Of a stretch of 51,582 bases of DNA, positions 1 to 11,412 are shown in pieces. The DNA comes from Elsinoe ampelina. Lineage: Eukaryota. The notes below the pieces were generated by a model. That model was not told the DNA's origin. It did no database searches and saw only the letters and a program-made list of their open reading frames with translations. The position numbers and the translations under genes were made by a program. The stretch spans positions 283,437-335,018 of the forward strand of contig ML992514.1 in the NCBI GenBank assembly GCA_010093995.1. Direction: 5' to 3'. The stretch's first letter is position 1. Every line of letters begins with the position of its first letter.

Positions 1-82
1 AAGTATTTTCTTTCTCGTCTGATCATGGTACCTATGTATATCAGCTGACCTTTGACAAAGTGGTGTTGGGACTGCAGCAGAT

Positions 83-2712
83 ATGAAGAAGCAGGTTGGC
101 TCATTGCTCTTCGACAAGCTCAACGTCTTTCAAATATTTGGCGCAAACACTGGAGTGGGTAAGACGGTCGCAAGCATAGCCCTCAGCAGACATCTCCATG
201 CGAAGGAGGGAGCCCTTTTGTACCTGAAGCCTGTACAGACTGGATCCGGCGACTCTTTCGACGCCAGGTATGTTTTCACTATCGGTACCTCGGTGACAAT
301 GACTCACCCGATATAGACATGTCAAACGTCATATGTGGGATGCTAGGCAAAAGACCTTGTTCTCGTACGGGTATCCTGTGAGCCCTCATCTTGCAGCAAG
401 ATATGGTTCATCGGTGAGAATGCTTGTCAGTGGCGAGAAGTGATGCTGATGGCTGCAGAAAGCCTGTGACGACGACACCATCCTGCAGGCCATCCACAAG
501 GAGCTCTGCGCCGAAGCGAAGCAACGGACCGACTGGGTGCTGATCGAAACCGCCGGGGGTGTTCTCTCGCCTGCTCCATCAGGCTCTCTCCAGGCGGACC
601 TGTACAGACCGCTGCGCCTTCCCGTACTCTTGGTCGGCGACAGTCGACTGGGTGGCATCGGATCCACCATCTCGGCTTGGGAGTCATTGCGTATCAGAGG
701 CTTCGACGTGGATGGGCTGATACTTTTCAAAGATGAAATCTACGAGAACAGCGACTATCTGATAGACCACTTCCGCCGACAGGATCATAGTATGTCGGTC
801 GCAGTGCTCGATCCCCCACCCCCACAATGCTCAGACGATACGCTTGACCAGTTCAACATGAGACGTTACTATGACAAGCAGACAAAGTCGGAATCTTTGG
901 GAACGTTCAAATCGGACATTCACCGTAAATTGGAACAGAGGAGGGAAAAGCTCAATTCGCTATCTGAACGCGCGCATCAGAGCATCTGGCATCCATTCCT
1001 ACAGCACACGGAGAGAAATCCCGAAAATATCCTGGCAATCGACTCGGCCTATGGCGACCATTTCCAAGCCGTCGTACCATCCAAGGACTTGGGTCCGGTT
1101 GGCACATCCATCCTGAAACCAGCATTTGATGGCTCAGCATCGTGGTGGACGCAAGGCCTGGGTCATGGAAACCCTGAGCTCGCACTGACGGCTGCCTACG
1201 CGGCAGGCAGATATGGTCATGTCATGTTTGCCAACGCCGCACACGAACCTGCTGTCGCATTAGCGGAAACCATGCTCACTCGTAATAACACCATGGGTCA
1301 GACGAATGCAAGGAACAAAAAGCAGACACGAGCCTTTTACAGCGACAATGGAAGCACTGCCATGGAAGTTGCGGTCAAGATGGGACTGAAAGCTGCAGCC
1401 AAGCGATATGGTTGGGGGCCAGAGGATCGAATAGAGATTGTTGGCTTGAAAGACAGTTATCATGGAGACACAATCGGGGCAATGGACTGCTCCGAAGGCA
1501 ACATCTACAACGAAAAAGTGGAATGGTACTCGGGCCGAGGTCACTGGCTTGATTATCCCCGAGTGGCGATGAAAAAAGGTAAATGGGTAGTATCACCTCC
1601 TGCTGGCACTGAAGACATCTATGGACCACCCCAAGAGTTTCAAGAGCTGCAAGACGTTTTCAATATCTCCGATCGACGCGAGACGACGAAGAAATACCGG
1701 GAGGTGATACTGAAAATGCTCAATCACCTGGTTCGTCAAGGACATAAGCTGGGTGCTCTCATCATGGAACCCGTGATACTCGGCGCCGGAGGAATGAATC
1801 TTGTGTTTGTCAATCTTGTCATGATAGCATGTGCAAAGCTAACAATTTTGCAGAGATCCCGTCTTTCAGTACGCCTTGTACAAGGCAGCTGTGGAGGTAC
1901 GGCAGCAAAAGACTCCACTCGAAGAATCAACACTCGAGACGATTAGTGCGGAAGAGGACGAAGAGCTCGAGCAGAACGGACTCGAGCTCGACGGGCGAGA
2001 TTGGAACGGCATGCCGATCATTACAGATGAGGTGTTCACCGGTATCTACAGGCTTGGTCATTTCAGATCATCCAACATGATTGGAATAGTACCCGACATC
2101 AGCGTACATGCCAAGTTGTTGACAGGCGGCGTAGTCCCTTTGGCAGTGACACTGGCCTCGGAGTCCATCTACTCGGCATTCCTGAGTAATGACAAGTCAG
2201 ACGCGCTCTTACATGGCCATAGCTACACGGCTCATGCCATTGGGTGTGAAGTGGCGCTGAAGGCCTTGAATGACTACCGCACATTCGACGAGGATGTAGC
2301 TGAGGGCAAAGCAGGCACCAAAGTGGGTCGGTGGACGCCTTACAAAAGAGATTGGAAAGCTGAAGGGCGGGAGTTCAACGGAAGATCAGAGAGGTTACGA
2401 TTCTACAACTCCCGAGTCTGGAGTTTGTGGTCTCGTGGGTTTGTCACCGAGTTGTCACACCGAGACGATATCGAAGGAGTCTTTGCCCTCGGCTCTGTCC
2501 TTGCCATTGAGTTGAAAGACCCGGAAGGGGGAGGATATGCGTCCAAGGCAAGCATCGGCATCAGGGACAAACTACTTGAGGGTATACCAGGGGTCAACCA
2601 GGCGGTCCACTCGAGAGTGCTGGGCAACGTGCTCTATTTCATGGCCAGTCTGACGACGACTCCCGAGACCATCAGTGCCGTGCAGGCACAGATTGAGAAA
2701 GCCTTGGGGTAG
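83..2712 (+). CDS. BIO3-BIO1: Bifunctional dethiobiotin synthetase / DAPA aminotransferase (BioD-BioA fusion); exons 83-267, 317-413, 459-1804, 1854-2712
   Basis: P-loop GANTGVGKT, YLKPVQTG, spliced PVSPHLAA and ETAGGV (BioD). SWWTQGLGH, DNGSTAMEVA, SYHGDT, DEVFTG, PLP-lysine VHAKLLTGG and HGHSYTA (class III aminotransferase). Three GT-AG introns restore the frame. Confidence 0.95.
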
Positions 2713-2754
2713 TCGACTCGGCGGTCTATATGTGTATCATAATTCATCCTCGAA

Positions 2755-3594
2755 TCAACATCTGATTCCCTGCGCCCTCGCCACTTTCCATATCGCCTGA
2801 CATACCTTGCTCACATCATCCGTCTTGATCGGTAACCGATGAGCACCATCCCACTCGACCAACGTCACACTTTCCGGATCGCAGTACTCCCTCGTCATCC
2901 TCCTATGCAACTCCAGGCCATAATCCTGCAACCCATGGACATGCACCGATGGCAGCTTCAACCTCTTCTCAAACTTGCCCTTCAAATCCCACCCCTCACT
3001 AATCTGGCCAGCATCGCACACTTCCGGATGCTTACTATGGCTCCCAAAACTCACCAACGGCGGACGTCCCTGCATCACCACCGCAAACTTCCACTCTGGC
3101 TCCGCCTTGCCATACTTCTCCAACCGACACTGCGTATCATACAACAAACTCGCCGCCACCTTTGCCCCCTGACTAAACCCCAACACCCCGACCCACTGCC
3201 CCGTCCCCTCATCCTCCTCCATCGCCCTATTGATACAATACATGATCTCGCCGGTAGCCGCCTCGTCGTCGATCTCAGGGTGCTCCCCCTCCTTCCACCT
3301 CAACCACCTCCTGAACGGACCATAGGCCTCGTAGACGGGCACGATGTCCGGGCCCGGGCCGCAGAAGTGGGGCCCGTCGGCGAAGACGAGGCGGAAGGTG
3401 CTGGACAGCATGTTGATGATGGCGCGGCATTGCAGGGTGAAGATGTCGGCGTTGACGCCGCCGCCGTGGAGGCAGAGGATGCGCGGGAGCGGGAGGGTGG
3501 AGCGCGGGGGTGCGGGTGCGGGTGAGGGCAAATTGTTGGTTGCGGAGGAGTGCGGATGGGGGCGGGTGAGGTAGGGGGACATGGTTGTTGTCAT
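2755..3594 (-). CDS. FSH1/DUF341 serine hydrolase (LovG/CitA-type esterase), intronless
   Basis: RILCLHGGG, nucleophile GFSQGA, HVHGLQD and EWDGAHRLP catalytic-triad motifs of the FSH1 family. Confidence 0.9.
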   Translation of the reverse strand: MTTTMSPYLTRPHPHSSATNNLPSPAPAPPRSTLPLPRILCLHGGGVNADIFTLQCRAIINMLSSTFRLVFADGPHFCGPGPDIVPVYEAYGPFRRWLRWKEGEHPEIDDEAATGEIMYCINRAMEEDEGTGQWVGVLGFSQGAKVAASLLYDTQCRLEKYGKAEPEWKFAVVMQGRPPLVSFGSHSKHPEVCDAGQISEGWDLKGKFEKRLKLPSVHVHGLQDYGLELHRRMTREYCDPESVTLVEWDGAHRLPIKTDDVSKVCQAIWKVARAQGIRC

Positions 3595-4259
3595 GGAATG
3601 ACGGGGAGGTCGAGGAGGGTGGATGTGAGGGGTGGTAAGTCGTGTATGAGATGGAGATGGGTCGTGTATGAGATGCTAGAGAGCGAAGTGTCGTGAGAAG
3701 ATGACTTTGCTGATGCTATGGTCTTTTCGCTGTCCGGCTCTCCATCGGTGTCCGGCGCCCGCGGACGACGACGGTGACTGGTCCATTTGACAAGCAGAGA
3801 GTACGGTTAGCACATGTCCATTGCAGCTTGTCCGAGGCATGTTCTTCATCCGCAGATGAATGTGCATCTGTCCTGCCTCGCCCTGCGATCTGCGAAACGT
3901 CAACCGGGACCACTGCGGGAGACGGGAATTGCACGGGCATGAATCTGTAAAAGATAAAGTTGACGTGGAACCGCAACCTTGACTCTGTGCGGCAGATGGC
4001 CATTCAGGGAACCGGTGAGAGCCTATTGGGTCATCTGGCCATGAGGCGTGAGGTTCCAGATGGTGAGATCTTGTGGAAATAATGACTTTTGGTAACTCGT
4101 TCCTGTCCATCTCGTCACCATTTCGCTTGTTTCGCTGTCTGGCAAGTACCGAGTGCCCGACTGCGTCATTTGGGTAAAAGACAATATAATAAAAGGAGGA
4201 CCCTGATCGAGAGGTAGCTTTGATTTTTGGAACGACAGTAGTACGTGATATACACAGAC

Positions 4260-5660
4260 ATGACGACCAACGGACATCCAAGAGAAGATACTATAGCTCT
4301 GGTGGGTGGAGGTATTGGTGGATTGTGTGCTGCTATCGGATTCATAAACAAAGGCATCCCGATCCATGTCTATGAAGGTGAGTCAAGTCTTCGTCCATAT
4401 TTCCCTCACGCGAATCTCATCCCTAACACTCCCAAGCTGCACCCGCCTTTGCTGAGATAGGAGCTGGCGTCTCCTTCGGCCCAAATACATACGACGCCCT
4501 CAAACGCATCTCACCCGCCACCACCACAGCATTCGAACGGACAGTCACGTACAACGGCACCGAAGAGTACAAAAAGTCCTACTTTGTCTTCCGCAATGCC
4601 GAGGACAAGTCAACAAAAGTCGGCTCTCCCATCATCGACCTCAAATCCACCACAGGCGCCACCTCAGTCCACCGCGCCCAACTCCTCGACGAACTCATCA
4701 AATTCGTCCCAGACGAAATCTCCAGCTTCGGCAAACGGTACGTCCCCTCTCCCCTTCCCACCACTCTCCTCTCCCTGACCCCCCCTCCCTCCCAGCCTCG
4801 ACAACATAACCGACAACACCGACCACGTCCTCCTCCACTTCAAAGACGGCACCACCGCCCGCCACTCGGCCGTCATCTGCTGCGACGGCATCAAATCGCG
4901 CGGCCGCCAACTCCTGCTGGGCGAGACCCACCCGGCCGCCAACGCCGTCTTCTCGGGCAAATACGCCTACCGCGGGCTGATCCCGATGGACGAAGCGGCG
5001 CGACTCCTCGGCGACGAAATCGCGCGCAACGCCCAGATGTTCTTCGGGCACGGCGGCCACATCCTCACTTTCCCCGTCGAGCAAGGGCGCACGATGAACG
5101 TCGTCGCGTTCGGCACGGCGGACGAGTGGTCCGACGAGCGGTGGGTCAAGGAGGTCACGCGCGAGGAAATGCAGAGGGATTTTGGCGACAATTGGGTCGA
5201 CGCGGCGAGGGATGTCATCAATTTGATGCGCAAGCCGGACGTGTGGGCGTTGTTCGAGTTCCCTGATGCGCCGACGTATACCAAGGGACTGGTGTGTTTG
5301 TTGGGTGATGCGGCGCATGCGTCGACGCCGCATCAGGGGGCCGGGGCGGGCATGGCGATTGAGGATGCGTTGGTTATGAGTTGTTTGTTTGAAGGGGTGG
5401 AGAGGACGCCCGAGGGGATCAAGGCGGTGTTTGAGGTTTATGATGAGGTGAGGAGGCCGAGGACCCAGAGGGTGGTGAGGACGAGTAGGGAGGCAGGGTT
5501 GTGTTATGATTTCATGCTGGAGGGGGTCGGGGATGATTTGGAGAAGGTGAGGAGGGATTTGGAGAAGAGGTGGGAGTGGATTTGGTATGAGGATTTGGGG
5601 AGGCATGTGGATGATGCAAAGGCTTTATTGAAGAAGAGGCAAGGTGTGGCGAAGGCTTGA
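4260..5660 (+). CDS. FAD-dependent aromatic monooxygenase, salicylate hydroxylase-like; exons 4260-4377, 4437-4737, 4796-5660
   Basis: GGGIGG Rossmann motif, spliced AFAEIGAG, CDGIKS (DG motif), LLGDAAHASTPHQGAGAGMAIEDA (GD motif). Introns have CTAAC/CTGAC branch sites. Confidence 0.92.
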
Positions 5661-5707
5661 GCGGGCAGAAAGGTAGTTGGCTTGAGTAGATTCTGTATAT
5701 ACAATGC

Positions 5708-7726
5708 TTAGCGTCTTCTGCCACCTGTGTCTCCTCCTCGGTCGGCGAGCTGGACCACGTCGCCAATACCTCCTTCTTCTCGCTCGTCCTCGAGAGCCTG
5801 GATCTCTTCGCGGACATCCCACCATCTCTGCTCTGCTCGGTCAAAGGCATCCTTCTTGAATTCTTTTGCGCTCTTCTGCTCTGCAAGAGCACTGACGCCG
5901 ATCTGAGCCTGATTCACTGCTATCGTTTGCCATTCTGTCGTCGTCCGGGCGTAGAAGTCTCGGAGCGACTCGAACGGTCGTGGGTACGGCAGACCGTCGG
6001 CCTCAGATGTCTTGATCTCCTTCTCGTCCTCTTCTACCGGCTCCTCTTTCATAGTAGTGAGCGGTATTTCTGGCTTGCCATTTTCTTCTGGCTTGGCCAT
6101 CTCAGTCTTCTCTCCCTCTTCATCCTCGCTCCCCTCCTCGTCGTCCTCACCATCTTCGTCGTCTTCATCGTCTGAGGACTCGTCGCCACCCCAACCTTCA
6201 AGCTCGCGTTTGTACAGCTCCTTCGCTCCGTCCATCTTGCCGAGATCGATAGCCCATAGTTCGTCGAAGCTGAACTCTGCATCCCCTTTCTCGAATGTAC
6301 CTCCGTAGATGAACAGGGTGTCGTCTTGTACCGCTAGCTGAGCGTTGAATCTGGGATGTGGCATCTCGAAGATGACCGGCTTCTCGACACGAGCTACTTC
6401 ATCATCCTCGTCAGGGACTCGTTCTTCCACGAGACTGTCTACCTTCGCCTCGATGTCCTGATCCAGATTCTCCTTGTTCTCAATGAGCTTGAGATTTCGA
6501 AGCAGCTCTTCTTCGTCTGCTTTGCCTCTTCCCCTCCTTGATCTGTCTTGCGTTGTGGTTTTCTTCTGCCCACCCTGACGTGGTTTCCTGAGACTAAGTG
6601 GGAAAAATCGGTTTCTCTCGATATTGAAAGCCCACAGCTGATTGAAGAACTCACTCTCTAGCCCCTCGCCACTCTCTTCCACATCATGCACTCCTCCAAA
6701 CAGAATACCTCTTCCTCTGTGATGCGCCATCGTAGCCCCTGCCCTTGGTGGATTCGGAAAATTTACCGGCTTCTTCCTCCTCTCCCACCTAATCACTGGT
6801 AGTGCCCTCTCTCCCTCATCCTTCCCGGGCTCCTGTACCCTCAACAGCCAGCAATCGGTATGCAACACCGCCTTCAACCCAACCTTACTCGGGCCCTTGC
6901 CCTTCACCGTCCCCTTGACCCTCGAATACCCCCCAACCAGCACCGCCCCATTCTCATGCGGCAGAAAACTAAAACTACTCCTCGCATCGGGCCTCATCGC
7001 CCCTGGCGGCAGTTTCGGCTCAAACCACCTATACTCGACCGTATCATAAACCCACAAATCCGCCAGATACTTTGTACTACTCGACGTATCCTGAAACCCG
7101 CCAAACAGGATCACATACCGCTTGAACCCCACCATCCGATGCCCACTCCTCGCACTCGGCCCCACCTTCCCCTCCACCCTGCTCCACTCCCTCGCCCCCG
7201 GCGCCAGCGTCCAGAAATCATTATAGTGATGGAAAGTCCCCTGCTTCGGCGACGAGAACTCGCCCCCGAAGAGGTACACCACCGGCGCGTTCGCGCCGCG
7301 GCACCACGCGTGTCCTGACCGCGGCAAGGGCGAGTTGGGGGAGGTGATCACCCGCCACTGGTCACTCGCTGGCTTGTACACGAAGAGGTCATTGGAGAAA
7401 CTCGCGAGCCCGTTGCGGAGGCTCTCCCCGCCGAAGAGCAGGACTTCGTTGCTGCCTGCCGCGGGGGAGGCGAGGATGGTGGCGGACGAGCGGGGCGGGG
7501 GTGGGGCGGGGAGCACGGTCTCGGTGATTTTCAGGTGTTGTTCTTGGGCTGCGGCGTAGGAGGCGAGGATGGTGTCGAGGTCGTCGTCGGAGGATGAGGA
7601 GTCGTCGTTGTTGGGCTTGGAGGGCCGGGATTTGGTCTTTTTTTCTTTTTGGGCGGATTTTTTCTCGGTTTTGGCGGCCACGCGGGCCTTTTTGGCTGCC
7701 GCTTTGGCTTTTTTGTCTTTTGCCAT
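5708..7726 (-). CDS. KEL3: Kelch-repeat protein, KEL3/KLHDC4 family, with acidic tract and C-terminal DUF4110-like region
   Basis: Lys-rich N-terminus MAKDKKAK, Kelch blades (LLFGGE, PLPRSGH, YLFGGEFSSP, ILFGGFQD) and PYPRPFESLRDFYART. ATG at 7726 preferred over 7882. Confidence 0.88.
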   Translation of the reverse strand: MAKDKKAKAAAKKARVAAKTEKKSAQKEKKTKSRPSKPNNDDSSSSDDDLDTILASYAAAQEQHLKITETVLPAPPPPRSSATILASPAAGSNEVLLFGGESLRNGLASFSNDLFVYKPASDQWRVITSPNSPLPRSGHAWCRGANAPVVYLFGGEFSSPKQGTFHHYNDFWTLAPGAREWSRVEGKVGPSARSGHRMVGFKRYVILFGGFQDTSSSTKYLADLWVYDTVEYRWFEPKLPPGAMRPDARSSFSFLPHENGAVLVGGYSRVKGTVKGKGPSKVGLKAVLHTDCWLLRVQEPGKDEGERALPVIRWERRKKPVNFPNPPRAGATMAHHRGRGILFGGVHDVEESGEGLESEFFNQLWAFNIERNRFFPLSLRKPRQGGQKKTTTQDRSRRGRGKADEEELLRNLKLIENKENLDQDIEAKVDSLVEERVPDEDDEVARVEKPVIFEMPHPRFNAQLAVQDDTLFIYGGTFEKGDAEFSFDELWAIDLGKMDGAKELYKRELEGWGGDESSDDEDDEDGEDDEEGSEDEEGEKTEMAKPEENGKPEIPLTTMKEEPVEEDEKEIKTSEADGLPYPRPFESLRDFYARTTTEWQTIAVNQAQIGVSALAEQKSAKEFKKDAFDRAEQRWWDVREEIQALEDEREEGGIGDVVQLADRGGDTGGRRR

Positions 7727-8009
7727 TGTGGTAGTTGATCTATAGAGAGCGGGTGAGGGGGAGAAGGATGGTGGGAGGAGAATTGTGAGTGGTGGTGGTG
7801 GGAGGGGTGGTGGGGGTGGCGGCGTCGGAGTTGAAGGTGCGGGATCAGACGTCTGTTGGTTTCTGTGCCACCTTGAGTCCATGTCATCTTTGCGAATTTT
7901 GGCTGGAAACTCGGCAGGAGTGTCGTATCGTCGTACAGTAAAATACCAGAGTCAACATTGGAGTCGTACCTCGCTTTTTGCAAGAGGTGTGATCGGATAT
8001 CGAAGAACC

Positions 8010-9609
8010 ATGGCTTCATCGCAACGCACCCCGGTCAAACCAGCCGAGATCATCGAGCAACGGTCATACCAAGTACCAGGTCAGTACAACACCTCTCCCA
8101 CACAACACACTCCCATACACCATCCTCTTAATCCTCTCCACCATCCCAATCCCACCTCAATCCCTCCTCGCCACACCCCACTAACCCCGCCTAGGCAAAC
8201 TCCTCATAACAGAGCACCACTTCTCCATCCCCTCCTCCCACTCATCTCCCACCTCCACCCCCCTCCGCATCTTCGCCCGCTCCGCCCGCCGCCCCGCGCC
8301 CCCCGGCTTCCCCCTCGGCCCCACCCTCCCCTACCTAGTCTACCTCAACGGCGGGCCCGGCCACGCGTGCCACCCCCCCCAATCCTACCCCTTCACCCCC
8401 TCCCTGCTCGACAAAGGCTACACCCTCCTCTTCCTGGACCAACGGGGCACAGGCCTCTCGACGCCCGTCTCCGCCTCGACTCTCGCCCAACGAGGCGACG
8501 TCGACGTGCAGGCTCGTCATCTGAAGCTGTACCGCGCCGACAATATCGTGCGGGACCTGGAGGCCATCCGGCTTGCGCTCACGGCGACGGAGCAGCGGCC
8601 TGCCGGGGACAAGTGGAGTGTTTTCGGGCAGAGTTTCGGGGGGTTCGTGAGTGTGAGTTACCTCTCGTTCTACCCGGAAGGGTTGAGGGAGAGTTTCATC
8701 TTCGGGGGACTGATGCCGTTGGTGGATGAGCCCGGGGAGGTGTACAGGCGGTTGTTCGGGGTGGTGGAGAGGCGGAATGAGGTTTATTATGCCAAGTTTC
8801 CAGAGGATGTGGGGAGGGTGAAGAGTATTGTGCGGTTTTTGGGGAGGTGGGGGGATGGGAAGGTGAGGTTGCCTGGTGGGGGCCAGTTGACGGGGAGGTT
8901 GTTTTTGACAATGGGGATTGGGTTGGGGTTTCATGGGGGGGTGGATTTGGTGCATAGTGAGTACTTCTTTTGTCGTGGTGGGTTGCGAGGAGAAGGGGCT
9001 GATTGGGGCAGATATCGTGCTGAAGGCGTCGACGGAGATTGAGATGTTCGGGCACATTACGAGGGGAACGTTGAATTCGATTGAGAGCTTTCTTGGTTGG
9101 GATAACGCACCGATATACTCGGTGCTGCATGAGCCTATCTATACGGTTGGAAAGAAGGCGGGCTGGGCGGCGCAGAAAGTTAGAGAAGAGCTGCCGCAGT
9201 TTGCCATGGAGAGGCTGGATTCAACCGAGCCGTTGCTGTTCACTGGGGAGATGATCTTCCCTTGGATGTTTGACGATTGCCCCGAGTTGAGCAAGATGAG
9301 GGACGTGGCGGAGAAGGTGGCGCAGGATGAAGACTGGCCGGAGCTGTATGATCTCGAGCAGCTCAAGAAGAACGAGGTGCCGGTGTATGCCGCTGCATAT
9401 ACGGAGGATATGGTGAGATTATCCATCTGGGACCGGAGCGTTTGCTGACATTCCAACAGTATGTCGACTTTGACTTTTCCAAAGACACTGCGGCGGCCAT
9501 CAAGGGGTGCAAGATGTTCTCGACGAACGTCATGTACCACAACGCAATCCGCGAGAAGAAGGAAGTAGTAGATCAGCTGTTCTTGATGCGTGAAGATGTG
9601 ATCGACTAG
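8010..9609 (+). CDS. Proline iminopeptidase (S33 alpha/beta hydrolase); exons 8010-8079, 8195-8956, 9012-9412, 9460-9609; possible upstream start at 7881
   Basis: YLNGGPG, DQRGTGLS, YRADNIVRDLE, nucleophile GQSFGG, spliced EDMYVDFD and C-terminal YHNAI. Three GT-AG introns keep the frame. Confidence 0.9.
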
Positions 9610-9789
9610 TGATCGATCTCCAGCACTTTGCAGACATGTTAGAGCATAGATACCCTTTCAGTTGCGCCACACAACGAATATAGAACCTACACCAGTCATC
9701 CCTGATTTCAGCAGGGGCACTCGCTGATTCGGCGACCTTGATATTACATTTTATTATGCCCCTATCCGGGCTCGTACCGCTGCAATATG

Positions 9790-11412
9790 CTATGAAGTAG
9801 AATGTACACTGCCCTTCTTTCTGGTCATGATCTTTGTGATGGCATGCCGTATGACCACACCTGCCTTTTCCGTCTCCTTCTTACTCAATCCAGTAGTGAT
9901 ACAGACCTTCAGAGCAGGCTGAGGCTGCCAGCCCCTGGCCCTGGGGTTCTCTCCCAGAGCACCGGGCATGGCCTTCAATCGTGTTACAAGAACGCCATTC
10001 GCGAGACACTGGTAAGGTCAGCGTAAGGTAAGGACGAGTCAGAAAGCGAAAAGGCTTACCTCGTCCACAACGTCAATCCACAACCACTCCTGATCCTCGA
10101 TCGAGAGATTTCTGCTTTCCACCACTTGCTGCTTGAACACGAGCAGCATGATCGGATTCTCAATAGCGCTTGTGCAGTGTACCCAATCACTCCTCGGGTC
10201 CAATTGAGCCCACATAGCCTTGGTATTCTCCCTTAGCTGCTCACCCCACTGCTTCTCCTCCTGGAGTAACCTCACTGTCTCACTCGCAGTCGTGGCCAAC
10301 ATGGCTGGTAGCGCGGCAGAAAATGTGTAGCTGTTCGCGCTGAGACGCTGATGCTCGACCACTTCTTCTGTGCCGGCGCAGAATCCACCGCCTGCTACCA
10401 AAGATCCTGCTAGTGATCCGATGATCATGTCTACATGTGAAGAATCGACATTCTGTTGCTCCGTCACACCACGTCCTGTTGCACCGAGAATGCCGTATGA
10501 CCAGGTCTCGTCGAGGATGATGCGGAACTTATACTTGTGCTTGAGTCGGACAATCTCAGGAAGGTTGACCATATCGCCTACATTCTCAAAGAGTCCTTCA
10601 GTCACGATGAAGCGACGGGTGAGAGGCTTCTTCGACCTTGCGTGCTCCTTTACAAGCGTCGAAAGGACGCGCTCGAGATCAGCCATGTCGTTGTGCTCGT
10701 ACCATCGTATCGTAGACCGCGAGATCTGCAGACCCTTGCGGACAGCATAGTTGATTGCCTTGTCCGCGACGATGATGTCCCCTCTCTTTGCAAATGCAGG
10801 TATGACCGACGAGATGGTGGAGAATGATTGTGCGTAGACAATACACGCCGTAGTGCCCAGGTGTGCTGCAATGTCTGCCTCCAACTGGCTGTGGACGTCC
10901 TGTGTGCCGTAGAAACCAGGAGGACCGCAGGGGCCCACGCCATATGTCCGAAGTGTCTTGATCGCGCGCTCTTTCAACACATCGCTGTTGATGAAGTTGT
11001 AGTGGTTGTAGGTTGCTAAGTTCGTTACTGTGCGTCCAGTGCTCAACTTGCTCTTTGGACCGGAGGGACCGACGATGACGGGTCTCTGCGAGGCTTCTGC
11101 TTCTTCGAATGGGGTGAGAGAGGATGCTAGAGGCTCGGGGGCCCAGTCGTCTACCAGCTCGTCAACCTCTTCGTCCGAGAGTGGGATCTGTGTCTTCGCT
11201 TTGCTCGAGTACGTCGGGCGGAGCAGATAGTAGACTGCGAAGAGGAACAGGAAGAGTTCGACTGCGGATCGGACGGGATCGTTCTGGTATGAGGAGCGGA
11301 TGTAGCGGACTACGATCGAGGAGCCGGGGATCTTCTGGAATTGGTCGACTGCATCGTTGACGTATTGCGCCGCGACCTGCGAAGCGTAGGTGGAGTCGAA
11401 GGAGGTGTTCAT
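9790..11412 (-). CDS. LCB1: Serine palmitoyltransferase subunit 1; intron 10009-10059
   Basis: SSYQNDPVRS with a TM helix, YGVGPCGPPGFYGTQD, VTEGLFEN and YTFSAALP. It lacks the PLP lysine (IIGSLAG), as expected for LCB1. Confidence 0.95.

Noticed and set aside
83..2712. Apparent frameshifts or split ORFs in BIO3-BIO1 and other genes suggesting pseudogenes
   Set aside because: All are resolved by canonical spliceosomal introns with branch sites.
2839..3525. 228-aa plus-strand ORF, and similar long antisense ORFs (4698-5606, 28069-28872, 33031-34143, 35029-36273)
   Set aside because: Antisense shadows of well-supported genes with biased codon use; no recognisable motifs.
7727..7882. Poly-proline N-terminal extension of KEL3
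   Set aside because: Derives from a low-complexity C-rich leader; MAKDKK at 7726 has a good context (ACCACAATGG) and fits the family start.
9790..11412. Possible BioF (KAPA synthase) completing a biotin cluster
   Set aside because: Same PLP fold family, but the N-terminal TM segment, GPCGPPGFYGT and missing PLP lysine identify LCB1.
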